In this document: piece by piece, positions 40,176 to 49,323 of the stretch | Numbering within the stretch: position 1 is the stretch's first letter | How the letters are laid out: each line of letters starts with the position of its first letter | Assembly (NCBI GenBank): GCA_947601495.1 | Contig: CANQGE010000001.1 | Span: forward strand, 31,731 to 95,730 | Source: an uncultured Clostridia bacterium | Lineage (GTDB): Bacteria; Bacillota; Clostridia; TANB77; CAG-508 | Direction of reading: 5' to 3' | DNA length: 64,000 nucleotides | Position numbers and translations under genes: made by a program | Notes under the pieces: generated by a model | Seen by the model: the letters and a program-made list of their open reading frames with translations, nothing else | The model's database searches: none | What the model was told of the DNA's origin: nothing

Positions 40176-41765
40176 TTAATAATAAACCATATAATCAATT
40201 TCTGGGAATATATCATCTTTGTTAAATATATCTAATAAATATTTTGGGTCTATTTTATCATTTTTTATTTGATAATATAGCTTCGTAAATCTTCCTATAT
40301 GGTCTTTAATTGCTTTATGTGCATATTCTACCATTGTTCCATTTGTAATTATAAATAGCCAGTCACTACTTTGTGCAAGTAAAAGTTCTCTTGCACATTG
40401 ATTTAATGCTTGTCTTCTTAATGTATCTCCTTCATTTGGGAACATGCTTGCAAGTTCACACATTCTATCTCCAGCTTTATGTAAGTGTCTATGTGCATAG
40501 TCATTTGTTTGATTTAGCCAAACTTCACTATAGCCATTTGCTCCCCAACTTGATCTACAAGGTGTAGAAACTTGCATTTCAGGATACATATCTATATATT
40601 CACTAGGTGTAATTAATTTAAAATTACATTCATCATAATAGATTTTTTTAAATAATATATAAAGCCAATATGGTCCCTCATACCACCAATGTCCATAAAG
40701 CTCTGCATCATATGGACAAGTAATAATTGGTGGAACGTCCATATAGCTTGCTAAATGGTCTATTTGAGCAGTTCTGCAATCCATAAAATGTCCTGCTTGC
40801 TTTTCAGCAGAATCTTTTGCCCATTGAATATCATAATAATCTTTATTATCTGTTTTTCCAGTAATTCTATAATATTTTATACCTGTGTTTACTCTTGCAC
40901 CATTACTTGCTATATATGGTTTTATATAGTCATAATCTGTATCATAGCCAATATCTCTATAGAATTCTCTATAGTTGAAATCGCCTGGATATCCAGAAAT
41001 TGAACTCCAAACCTGTCTTGATGATTCTAAATCTCTTGCAAATGCTACTAATCCACCATGAGAAACTATTGGTGCATAAGTTCCATAAATTGGAGTTGGA
41101 TCTGCATATAAAACTCCGTGTGTTTCAACTATTGCATATTCTATTCCAAATTCTTTAAGATACTTATCTGCTTCTGGAACATATCCACATTCTGGAAGCC
41201 AAATTCCTCTAGGATTTCTTCCAAAGAATTTTTTATATGTTTGAACACCAACTGCAATTTGTGCTCTAACAGTTTTTTCATTTACATATAAAATTGGAAA
41301 ATATCCATGAGTTGCTCCACAAGTGATAATTTCCAATACTCCAATGTCTTGAAAATGTTTAAATCCAGAAATTAAATTACAATCATAAACATCTTGAAAT
41401 ACATGTAAATCATTTGTGTATCTATCTAAATAGTAATGTGATAAGTTGTTTAATCTTTTATCGTAAACTGTTCTTTTAACTTCTTTTTCACATAATTCTA
41501 TATGTTTATTTAAATATTTAATATATCTTTCTTTTAAAAGTTTATTATCTAACATATTTAAAAGCGGTGGAGTCATTGTCATTGTGATTCTAAAATCTAC
41601 ATGTTCTTCTTCTAATTTTTTAAAATTTAGTAAAAGTGGTATATATGTTTCAGATATTGCTTCAAAAAGCCATTCTTCTTCTAAGTAGCCTTCACTTTCT
41701 GGATGATGAATATATGGCAAATGAGCATGTAAAACAAAATTGACATATCCTTTAATATTTTTCAT
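40176..41765 (-). CDS. Glycoside hydrolase family 57 enzyme (1,4-alpha-glucan branching enzyme type, DUF1957 C-domain)
   Basis: The N-terminus GYVNFVLHAHLPYIHHPE is the GH57 signature. 529 aa. Confidence 0.8.
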   Translation of the reverse strand: MKNIKGYVNFVLHAHLPYIHHPESEGYLEEEWLFEAISETYIPLLLNFKKLEEEHVDFRITMTMTPPLLNMLDNKLLKERYIKYLNKHIELCEKEVKRTVYDKRLNNLSHYYLDRYTNDLHVFQDVYDCNLISGFKHFQDIGVLEIITCGATHGYFPILYVNEKTVRAQIAVGVQTYKKFFGRNPRGIWLPECGYVPEADKYLKEFGIEYAIVETHGVLYADPTPIYGTYAPIVSHGGLVAFARDLESSRQVWSSISGYPGDFNYREFYRDIGYDTDYDYIKPYIASNGARVNTGIKYYRITGKTDNKDYYDIQWAKDSAEKQAGHFMDCRTAQIDHLASYMDVPPIITCPYDAELYGHWWYEGPYWLYILFKKIYYDECNFKLITPSEYIDMYPEMQVSTPCRSSWGANGYSEVWLNQTNDYAHRHLHKAGDRMCELASMFPNEGDTLRRQALNQCARELLLAQSSDWLFIITNGTMVEYAHKAIKDHIGRFTKLYYQIKNDKIDPKYLLDIFNKDDIFPEIDYMVYY

Positions 41766-41800
41766 TGAATTTTTCCTTTCAGTTTAATGTTAAAATCTTT

Positions 41801-42829
41801 TTATTTAAAAGTTGAACTTGAAAGTTTTGAAGATGGATTTGCCATATCAAACATACCTTCAGAAAGTTCTTCATCATATTGTTTTTGATAGAAGTCATTT
41901 ACATCGAATTTCTTTCCTAAGATAGTTTTTGTTTTTCTTAAATCTTTAACAAATTCTCTATTTGTTTTTACATCTCTAAAAGTAACACGATTTGATAAAT
42001 ATTCTAGTAGTACATGATCATTTGGTGCTTCTAAAACATTTGAATTTGCAAAAGGCAAATAATCTGTTTGAAGATTTATGTGATTTTCTTTTACCTTTTC
42101 CACATTTATAGCTTGATTTCTATCTATAAATTTTCTTCCAAGTTGAATTGTGTATTTTGTTTTTGGGTCATCTATATCTATGTACCAACTATTAGCAAAA
42201 TCGTTTATAGGTACCTCTTTTACATACTTTTTATCTTCATTATATACTAATAAAACAGGATAAGTAATTTCAAAGAATTTTTCTCCAAATGCATTTAAAT
42301 ATCTATCTCTATCACTATCAGCGACGTCCCAATATACGAATAATTTTTTAGGAGTTTGAGCAAGAATTTTTACAATAGTTTCATTATATCTGTATGGTAA
42401 ATCGTAGTATTCTAATATGTAATCTTTTTTAATATTTTTCTTTTCAGTTTTTTCTTTTTTCGCAGAAGAAGCTGTTGTTTTTGCGTTTTCTTTTTCAGTA
42501 GCAATTGAATCTTCTTCAGCCTCTTGCATAGAAATTATTTTTGATAAAAACTGCTTTATTTTTTCAATTACAGCATTTTCATTAATGTTCTTTGCTTTTT
42601 CTAATTTTTCTTTCTTGCTTCTTTCCCTAATTTTTTGAACTAATTCGTTAGGATTAGAAAAAATATTTTTTTGTGAAAAATCCTCAATTTTTAAAATGTC
42701 ATCACTATTCTTTTCAAACTCTTCATTTTTTAGCATTTTACCCATTTTCCTCCTTAGTAATTCCCTGTAAAATATTAGTATAAGTCCAATAATAATTAAT
42801 ATTATATCTTTAATGTAAAAAAACTTCAA
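41801..42829 (-). CDS. DUF4912-like protein (commonly encoded next to GH57 genes)
   Basis: N-terminal TM helix, a K/E-rich linker, then the conserved block YYDLPYRYNETIVKILAQTPKKLFVYWDV. 342 aa. Confidence 0.5.
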   Translation of the reverse strand: MKFFYIKDIILIIIGLILIFYRELLRRKMGKMLKNEEFEKNSDDILKIEDFSQKNIFSNPNELVQKIRERSKKEKLEKAKNINENAVIEKIKQFLSKIISMQEAEEDSIATEKENAKTTASSAKKEKTEKKNIKKDYILEYYDLPYRYNETIVKILAQTPKKLFVYWDVADSDRDRYLNAFGEKFFEITYPVLLVYNEDKKYVKEVPINDFANSWYIDIDDPKTKYTIQLGRKFIDRNQAINVEKVKENHINLQTDYLPFANSNVLEAPNDHVLLEYLSNRVTFRDVKTNREFVKDLRKTKTILGKKFDVNDFYQKQYDEELSEGMFDMANPSSKLSSSTFK

Positions 42830-43090
42830 TAGAAAAAATAAAATAAATTTTTTTTAAATTTTTTGTAATATAATCTTATAATTGTAACTAAAATGTAATA
42901 GAAATACGCGATTTTTTTGTCAAAAAATGTTTACTTTTGTTTTGGTTTTATATAAAATATATGAAGAATTAAGAAAATAATTTTTGAATTTTTTTCTTAA
43001 ATAATCAAGATTTGAAATAATTTTTTTTAAATTCAAAACTACTTGACAAAATTAAAATAACAAAAGATATGAAAGGAGCACTTTTTTACA

Positions 43091-44377
43091 ATGAAAATTT
43101 TAATGCTATCATGGGAATATCCACCAAGAGTTGTTGGAGGTATATCAAGAGTGGTTTATGACTTATCACACAAATTATGTATGCAAGGTCATAAAGTTAC
43201 CGTTATTACTTATAAAGATGGTAATGTACCATATTTTGAAGATGATGATGGTGTTGATGTTTACAGAGTAGATAATTTTATGATTGCTCCTAATAATTTT
43301 ATAGATTGGGTTATGCAACTTAATTTCAATATGATAGCAAAAGCTGGAGAAATTATTGCACAACAAGGAAACTTTGATGTTATACATGCTCATGATTGGC
43401 TTACTGCTTATGCTGGAAAAACATTAAAATTTGCATATAATACTCCTCTTGTAGCTACTATACATGCTACTGAAGCTGGTAGAAATAGCGGTATTAGAGG
43501 TGATATGCAAAAATATATTAATGATACTGAATGGATGCTTACTTATGAATCTTCAGAAGTTATCGTTAATAGTAATTATATGAAAAACGAATTACAAAGA
43601 CTTTTTGGTCTTCCTTATGAGAAAATAAATGTAGTACCTAATGGTGTTGATCTTACTTTATTTAATGGAATTGATAGAGACTATGAATTTAGAAGAAGAT
43701 TTGCCATGGATAATGAAAAAATTATTCTATTCATGGGTAGATTAGTTTATGAAAAAGGTATTCAAACACTTATTTCTGCTATGCCTAAAATCTTAGACAA
43801 TTATCATGATGCAAAATTAGTTATCGCAGGAAAAGGCGGAATGATTAATGAATTAAGAAATCAAGTTAATTTCCTTGGATTAGGAAATAAAGTTTATTTC
43901 ACAGGACACTTAGCTTCTAAAGATGTTCAAAAAATGTACAAGTGTGCTGATGTTGCTGTATTCCCTAGTACATATGAACCTTTTGGAATTGTAGCTATTG
44001 AAGCTATGCTTTCTGGAACACCAGTAGTTACTTCTGATGTTGGTGGATTAAATGAAATTGTAGAACATGGAGTAAATGGAATGAAAAGTTATGCTGGAAA
44101 TCCAAACTCTCTTGCAGATTCTATTCTTGCATTATTATTTAATCCAGAATTATGCAACACAGTTTCAAAAAATGCAAAAGAAAAAGTTAAAGCTCAATAT
44201 AATTGGACTAAAATTACAGAAGAAACTCACTTCACTTATGAAACAGCTATTTGTGAAACTATTGCAGAAAGACAAAAGAAACAAATTGCTCAAGAAGAAG
44301 CTCGTAATCAAATTAAAAAATCTAAAGAAGTTACAAACCTACTTTCATTCAAGAAAACTCACGAGGCATTTGCATAA
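43091..44377 (+). CDS. GT4-family glycosyltransferase (glycogen-synthase-like, retaining GT-B)
   Basis: MKILMLSWEYPPRVVGGISRVVYDLS N-terminus. E..xxxxxxE region (EPFGIVAIEAM). Good SD (aaaggagca) ahead of the ATG. 428 aa. Confidence 0.8.
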   Translation: MKILMLSWEYPPRVVGGISRVVYDLSHKLCMQGHKVTVITYKDGNVPYFEDDDGVDVYRVDNFMIAPNNFIDWVMQLNFNMIAKAGEIIAQQGNFDVIHAHDWLTAYAGKTLKFAYNTPLVATIHATEAGRNSGIRGDMQKYINDTEWMLTYESSEVIVNSNYMKNELQRLFGLPYEKINVVPNGVDLTLFNGIDRDYEFRRRFAMDNEKIILFMGRLVYEKGIQTLISAMPKILDNYHDAKLVIAGKGGMINELRNQVNFLGLGNKVYFTGHLASKDVQKMYKCADVAVFPSTYEPFGIVAIEAMLSGTPVVTSDVGGLNEIVEHGVNGMKSYAGNPNSLADSILALLFNPELCNTVSKNAKEKVKAQYNWTKITEETHFTYETAICETIAERQKKQIAQEEARNQIKKSKEVTNLLSFKKTHEAFA

Positions 44378-44407
44378 GATTTTAATAAAATATGTTTATA
44401 ATAATAT

Positions 44408-44446
44408 AAAAACTCTTAGGAATTATTTTCTTAAGAGTTTTTTTGA
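44408..44446 (+). terminator. Rho-independent terminator after the GT4 gene
   Basis: Perfect 10-bp stem aaaactctta/taagagtttt followed by TTTT. Confidence 0.6.
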
Positions 44447-44527
44447 TAAGAAAAATTGCTTAATATTATTAACATTGCTTAATAATATTATTAAATATTA
44501 ATCAATACTATTAATCAATACTATTGT

Positions 44528-44677
44528 GAATGCTTAAAAAATATAATTTAATAGTAACTTGGTGTCGCAATCTTCTTTTTTATAAATAAACAAAAGGAAG
44601 ATTGCTCCAATCGCCCTCCGCTTATGCTTCGGTTGGTCGCTTACGCGTTACTATTTAATTATATTTTTTAAGCATTC
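44528..44677. repeat. Foldback element copy 2: ~30-bp outer inverted repeat flanking the same 100-nt GC-rich core, in reverse orientation relative to copy 1
   Basis: The outer arm gaatgcttaaaaaatataatttaatagtaac and its complement gttactatttaattatattttttaagcattc flank the core. Apart from a few substitutions, the core is the reverse complement of 21865-21964. Confidence 0.8.
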
Positions 44678-44714
44678 ATAATATTTTTTGCAATTAATTT
44701 TAAAAATTATTTTA

Positions 44715-44975
44715 TTACTTCTTTTTGAGGTAAAGAAAAAGAACTCTTATTTGAGTTCTCCGTAACATTTCTTCTAATATTTTCTCTGCTACTATCAAAG
44801 GTGTTTGTTTTGGATTTGGTATTGCGCTGATTTTCTCCAAGTATTCTATTTGTTTCTCCCTCGGAAGCTTTTGAGCTTTCTCTACCATATTGTCCAAATA
44901 TTCCATTCGTTCCTTTTCTGTTCTCTGAAAACTTGTTAGACAACTGAATATTGTTCCTGATGGGTAATATACCAT
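44715..44975 (-). CDS. Small hypothetical helical protein (86 aa); an alternative-frame ORF overlaps it
   Basis: The ORF has an SD (aaaggggaag) ahead of its ATG. Its sequence is K/E-rich and helical (EKAQKLPREKQIEYLEKISAIPNPKQ). A second ORF, 44707-44943, in another frame is also SD-preceded, so the choice is unresolved. Confidence 0.3.
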   Translation of the reverse strand: MVYYPSGTIFSCLTSFQRTEKERMEYLDNMVEKAQKLPREKQIEYLEKISAIPNPKQTPLIVAEKILEEMLRRTQIRVLFLYLKKK

Positions 44976-45006
44976 TATTTTTCTTCCCCTTTAATCATTA
45001 ACATTA

Positions 45007-45672
45007 TTATCTAAGAAAATAATAAATTCCATATAAAATTAACATATGAGCTGGATAAAAACAGTAATAGAAATATTTTATTTTCTTTCCTAATTTTCCA
45101 TTATATAGCATCATTATAACTAGTGGTATTATATATCCAACTATATATATTGAATATATTTTTAAATTTGCTCCTATACTAAATAAGTATACTGAAATTA
45201 AAAGTATATATGGAATTGGGAAAAGTACTCTATGATCTTTAAAAATGTAAATTATTAAAACTAAGGTTATTCCAAACCAGCCATAGTCAACATTTAATAT
45301 TTCTCCTAATGCAATTATTAATATGCATAAAGGTATTGACAAATATTTTTTCTCTATTTTTGAATATGCTAAAATTGCTAATAATCCAAGTAGTAGCGTA
45401 AACATTATGTTTAGCATTTTCCACTCGCCTACAAGTGTTCTAAATAACATAAATGGTAATTGCGATATTAATCCAAAAATAAAAAGTCTTTTCATATAAG
45501 ATTTTAAATTACTTGTATGTACAAATCCTTCTGTAATTAAAAAAGCAAATAGTGGAAACGCTACTCTTCCTAAAATTATTGTTAGTAAATTTTGAGTTAC
45601 TGGCAAAGCATATTTTACATGGTCTAGTACCATTGTTATACAAGCTATAATTTTTATTACAAAAACACTCAT
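45007..45672 (-). CDS. TraX-family membrane protein
   Basis: IKIIACITMVLDHV...LGRVAFPLFAFLITEGF matches the TraX family. About six TM helices. 221 aa. Confidence 0.65.
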   Translation of the reverse strand: MSVFVIKIIACITMVLDHVKYALPVTQNLLTIILGRVAFPLFAFLITEGFVHTSNLKSYMKRLFIFGLISQLPFMLFRTLVGEWKMLNIMFTLLLGLLAILAYSKIEKKYLSIPLCILIIALGEILNVDYGWFGITLVLIIYIFKDHRVLFPIPYILLISVYLFSIGANLKIYSIYIVGYIIPLVIMMLYNGKLGKKIKYFYYCFYPAHMLILYGIYYFLR

Positions 45673-45675
45673 AAT

Positions 45676-46116
45676 TTATCCTAATAATTCCTTTACAACT
45701 TCATTAATAGTTTTTCCATCTGCTCCAGCACCTATTCTTGCTTTAGATTCTTTCATAACCATTCCCATATCTTTTAAAGAAGTAGCTCCAACATCTTTTA
45801 TTACTTTTTCTACTTCTACTTTTATTTCTTCTTTTGAAAGCTGTTTTGGTAAATATTCTTGCAAAATAGAAATTTCTTCATTTGTTTGATTTATTAAATC
45901 TTCTCTTTTGGCTTTTTCAAAATCTACAAGTGCATCTTTCTTTCCTTTTACTTCTTTTGCAATTATTTCAATTATTTTTTCATCTTCAACTTTTATTCCT
46001 TTGTCTTTTTCAATTTGTAAAATTGCAGCTCTAACCATTTGTATAGTGTTTTTTCTTACTTCATTTTTTTCTTTCATAGATTGTTTTAAATCTTCCATTA
46101 ATTTATCTTTTAACAT
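45676..46116 (-). CDS. GatB/YqeY-domain protein
   Basis: 146 aa. The MLKDKLMEDLKQSMKEKNEVRKNTIQMVRAAI...GADGKTINEVVKELL pattern is typical of YqeY. Confidence 0.75.
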   Translation of the reverse strand: MLKDKLMEDLKQSMKEKNEVRKNTIQMVRAAILQIEKDKGIKVEDEKIIEIIAKEVKGKKDALVDFEKAKREDLINQTNEEISILQEYLPKQLSKEEIKVEVEKVIKDVGATSLKDMGMVMKESKARIGAGADGKTINEVVKELLG

Positions 46117-46172
46117 ATGTTCTCCCTCTCTTTCTTATATTACTTTACTACAAAATATTCTTTTTATCAATA

Positions 46173-46667
46173 TCAAAATGTTATTAAATCTAAATAACTT
46201 AAAACTGAAACTTCCACAATTCGTTCTAATAGCTCTTTATATTCTTTTATTCTAAAATTAACAAATCCTTCAATTACAATTTTTTTGTTTTCTAACAAAT
46301 AATCTTTTATAGAATTTCTTAAAAGATCACTTTTATATCCTATTTTTTCATCTGGTAATTCTAGAACTTTTTTTGTTATTTCAAAAATGTAATTTCTTTC
46401 AAGGCTACTTAAATAAAAATAATTTTTTTCAACACTTTTTCTAATAAAATCTTCTTCATAAAATTTTTCAATACACCTTTTAATAATTATTGCAACTATT
46501 TCATAAAATTCATTAATGTAATCTTTTTCTAAATAATGAATGAATAAATTATCATATGTTTTAAATCTATAATTAGACATGCAAATATTTATTGGTAAAA
46601 GTTCAAATTGCTTTATTAAAAAATCTATTTTTTCCTCACTAATAGTTTTTATACATATTGTTTTCAA
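46173..46667 (-). CDS. Hypothetical cytoplasmic protein (possibly sporulation-associated)
   Basis: 164-aa ORF with ordinary coding composition. I recognise no motif with confidence. Confidence 0.45.
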   Translation of the reverse strand: MKTICIKTISEEKIDFLIKQFELLPINICMSNYRFKTYDNLFIHYLEKDYINEFYEIVAIIIKRCIEKFYEEDFIRKSVEKNYFYLSSLERNYIFEITKKVLELPDEKIGYKSDLLRNSIKDYLLENKKIVIEGFVNFRIKEYKELLERIVEVSVLSYLDLITF

Positions 46668-46743
46668 TTAAATACCTCTTCTTAAATTAAAATTTATTAA
46701 TTTATATTATTCATATTTTTCCTTTAGTGTGTTTAGATTATTC

Positions 46744-46785
46744 AAAAAAAAGAACTAAAATTATTTTATAATTTTAGCTCTTTTT
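46744..46785 (-). terminator. Probable terminator after the 46808-47323 gene
   Basis: Stem of about 11 bp (gagctaaaatt/aattttagttc, one mismatch). The minus-strand hairpin is followed by UUUUUUUU. Confidence 0.5.
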
Positions 46786-46807
46786 AAAACAATATGTTTC
46801 TTATATT

Positions 46808-47323
46808 TTAATTATCAGTTGCCTTACTATTAACATTTTGGAATGCAACATGCTCTACATTTTTATCTAATGCAACAAACATATATACATACCATTTGTC
46901 TGATAAAGACCCTGCCAAAGTTTCAAATTTATAAGTGTATCCAATTGTAGCTTCTGTTTTACCTGAATTGTACTCTAAAGTATCTATTGAATGAATATAA
47001 TCCTTAGATGTATCTTCATATAAAACAACAACAGCTAAGTTATTTTCTTTAAAGAAATCTTCTGTATAAGTTTCAGTTAAAGTTGATTTTTTAAAAGTTA
47101 CTTCATTTGTTATTGCATCATTTACTTGATTTTTCTTAATAAATTTTGTAAAAGAATCATAATCTGTTATAAGAGTATTTTCTGCATTTACACTTGACCT
47201 TGTAACATTATATTCTACTTTTTTTGGCTTTCTTATTACTGCAAAGTATATAACTCCAATAGCCACAACTACTATAAGAGCAATAATAATTATTGTTTTT
47301 TTACTTGTTCCATTATTTTCCAT
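46808..47323 (-). CDS. Membrane-anchored hypothetical protein (N-terminal TM, extracytoplasmic domain)
   Basis: The sequence TSKKTIIIIALIVVVAIGVIYFAVI is followed by a soluble domain. 171 aa. Confidence 0.5.
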   Translation of the reverse strand: MENNGTSKKTIIIIALIVVVAIGVIYFAVIRKPKKVEYNVTRSSVNAENTLITDYDSFTKFIKKNQVNDAITNEVTFKKSTLTETYTEDFFKENNLAVVVLYEDTSKDYIHSIDTLEYNSGKTEATIGYTYKFETLAGSLSDKWYVYMFVALDKNVEHVAFQNVNSKATDN

Positions 47324-47409
47324 TTTCTTTTCCCCTTTTAAATTACTATAACTATCATAACTTATAAAAAAGAAAAAAACAAGTTTTAGTTAAATTTTTT
47401 ACAAAAACG

Positions 47410-48288
47410 TTATAAACTATTATTTATTCCTTCTGAAACAATATTTGTTATGCTATCTATTAATGTATCTATTTCTTTTGGAGTTACTATAAAATTAAAA
47501 TTATTTAATTTCATTTTATCAATTAGTTCATTCTCATTAACTTCAAAATCACATACTTTTAAAGTGTCTAATACAATTGTTGCTGCATCTAAAACCGTTG
47601 GAACTCCAATGCTTATTACTGGTATTCCTAAAGTTTCCTCAGATAAATCTGTTCTTTTATTTCCAACTCCCCCTCCTGGTGCTATGCCAGTATCAGAAAT
47701 TTGTATAGATTTATTTATTCTATCTATATTTTTTGAACACAAACTATCTATTGCAATAATTAATTTTGGCTTGATATTATCTACTATTCCCTTTACTATT
47801 TCAACAGTTTCCATTCCAGTTGTTCCTAAAACTCCTGGCGTTATTGCACTAACGCTTCTTGTATTTTTATCTATAATTTCTGGTAAATACATTTTAATAT
47901 GCCTTGTTATTTCTATGTTTTGAACTACTTTTGCACCTAATGAATCTGGTGTTGCATATAAATTTCCTAAACCTACTATTAATATTTCATCATTTGAATT
48001 TACATGTTTTTTAATTATTTCTCTTAATTCATTTGAAAAAACATTTACAATTTTTTCTTCTTTTTCTGTAGTTATATTATTTATTTTTTTAACATCAATT
48101 GTTGTATAATTTCCTCTTTTTTTGTCCAGTGCTCTTTCTCCATCTTCATTTATTATTTTAACTCTCGTAACTACAATATCATCTATTTTTTCTTCTTCAC
48201 ATTCTATTCCCTCTACTTCGCTTTCTAATTTATTAGCAGTTCTATATAAGTCTCTTCTTTCAACAGCCATATCTGTTCTAAAAAACAT
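47410..48288 (-). CDS. gpr: Germination protease GPR (spore endopeptidase)
   Basis: MFFRTDMAVERRD start, the LIVGLGN...TPDSLGAKVV catalytic region and an overall length typical of Gpr. 292 aa. Confidence 0.8.
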   Translation of the reverse strand: MFFRTDMAVERRDLYRTANKLESEVEGIECEEEKIDDIVVTRVKIINEDGERALDKKRGNYTTIDVKKINNITTEKEEKIVNVFSNELREIIKKHVNSNDEILIVGLGNLYATPDSLGAKVVQNIEITRHIKMYLPEIIDKNTRSVSAITPGVLGTTGMETVEIVKGIVDNIKPKLIIAIDSLCSKNIDRINKSIQISDTGIAPGGGVGNKRTDLSEETLGIPVISIGVPTVLDAATIVLDTLKVCDFEVNENELIDKMKLNNFNFIVTPKEIDTLIDSITNIVSEGINNSL

Positions 48289-48374
48289 AATTTAAGTCTC
48301 CTCTCATTAAAACAAATTTACTATTTAATATTTTCCTACATTTTAATTTTTTTATGCAAAATAGAATTTTAAAT

Positions 48375-48420
48375 AAAACAAAAAAATCTTTTTGCTTTTT
48401 TTAGCAAAAAGATTTTTTTA
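48375..48420 (-). terminator. Rho-independent terminator after yebC (hairpin also followed by a T-run on the plus strand)
   Basis: Perfect ~14-bp stem aaaaatctttttgc/gcaaaaagattttt flanked by T-runs on both strands. Confidence 0.6.
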
Positions 48421-48438
48421 ATATTTTATTATATTTAA

Positions 48439-49164
48439 TTATTCTTCCCAATTGTGGAAAACTTCTAATACATCATCTAAATCTTCAAGATTATCTATTA
48501 ATCTTTGCATTTTTTCTGCATGATTCTCATCTAATGATACATAAGTATTTGGAACCATTTGAACTCCAGCTTCTAAAAATGTTAAGTTATTTTTAGTTAA
48601 TTCTTCTGTTACAGCTGTAAAATCACTTGGTGCTGTTGTTATTTCATAAACTTCTTCTTCAGAAGAAAAATCTTCTGCACCAGCTTCAATAGCAAGCATC
48701 ATTAAATCATCTTCACTTAATTTACATTCTGATTTTTCTATAACTATAACGCCTTTTTTCTCAAACATATATGATACACAACCTGTTGTTCCTAAGTTTC
48801 CTCCAGCTTTATCAAAAACATGTCTTACATCTGCTGCAGTTCTATTTTTATTATTTGTTGATGCATTAACAATAACTGCAACACCGCTTGGTCCATATCC
48901 TTCATATGTTATTTCATCATAAGTTTCATTACTTCCTGCTCCAGAAGCCTTTTTTATAGCATTATTTATTGTATCATTTGGCATGTTGTTTGCTTTACAT
49001 TTTGCAATAACATCTTTTAATTTTGAATTTCCTGCTGGGTCAGGTCCACCTTGTTTTACAGCTATTAATAATTCTCTTCCTAATTTTGTAAATATTTTTC
49101 CTCTTGCAGCATCTGCTTTTCCTTTTTTGGCTTGTATGTTATGCCATTTGCTATGTCCTGACAT
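48439..49164 (-). CDS. yebC: YebC/PmpR-family DNA-binding transcriptional regulator
   Basis: [32 protein letters not shown] is the family's N-terminal signature. 241 aa. Confidence 0.9.
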   Translation of the reverse strand: MSGHSKWHNIQAKKGKADAARGKIFTKLGRELLIAVKQGGPDPAGNSKLKDVIAKCKANNMPNDTINNAIKKASGAGSNETYDEITYEGYGPSGVAVIVNASTNNKNRTAADVRHVFDKAGGNLGTTGCVSYMFEKKGVIVIEKSECKLSEDDLMMLAIEAGAEDFSSEEEVYEITTAPSDFTAVTEELTKNNLTFLEAGVQMVPNTYVSLDENHAEKMQRLIDNLEDLDDVLEVFHNWEE

Positions 49165-49323
49165 TAAATTTCTCCCCTTTCAAATTCATTTTTATTTAAG
49201 CTTTTCAATTATAGCACATTTCATCTATTTTGTCTATTTTTTTAATTTACTTATAGCATCTTTTTATCTATATTTTCAAATTGTTTATAACATTTTTTCA
49301 TCTATGCTCTTTAAAATTATAGT

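Noticed and set aside
44455-44526. CRISPR array
   Set aside because: There are only two short tandem or direct repeats, with no regular repeat-spacer periodicity and no cas genes in the window.
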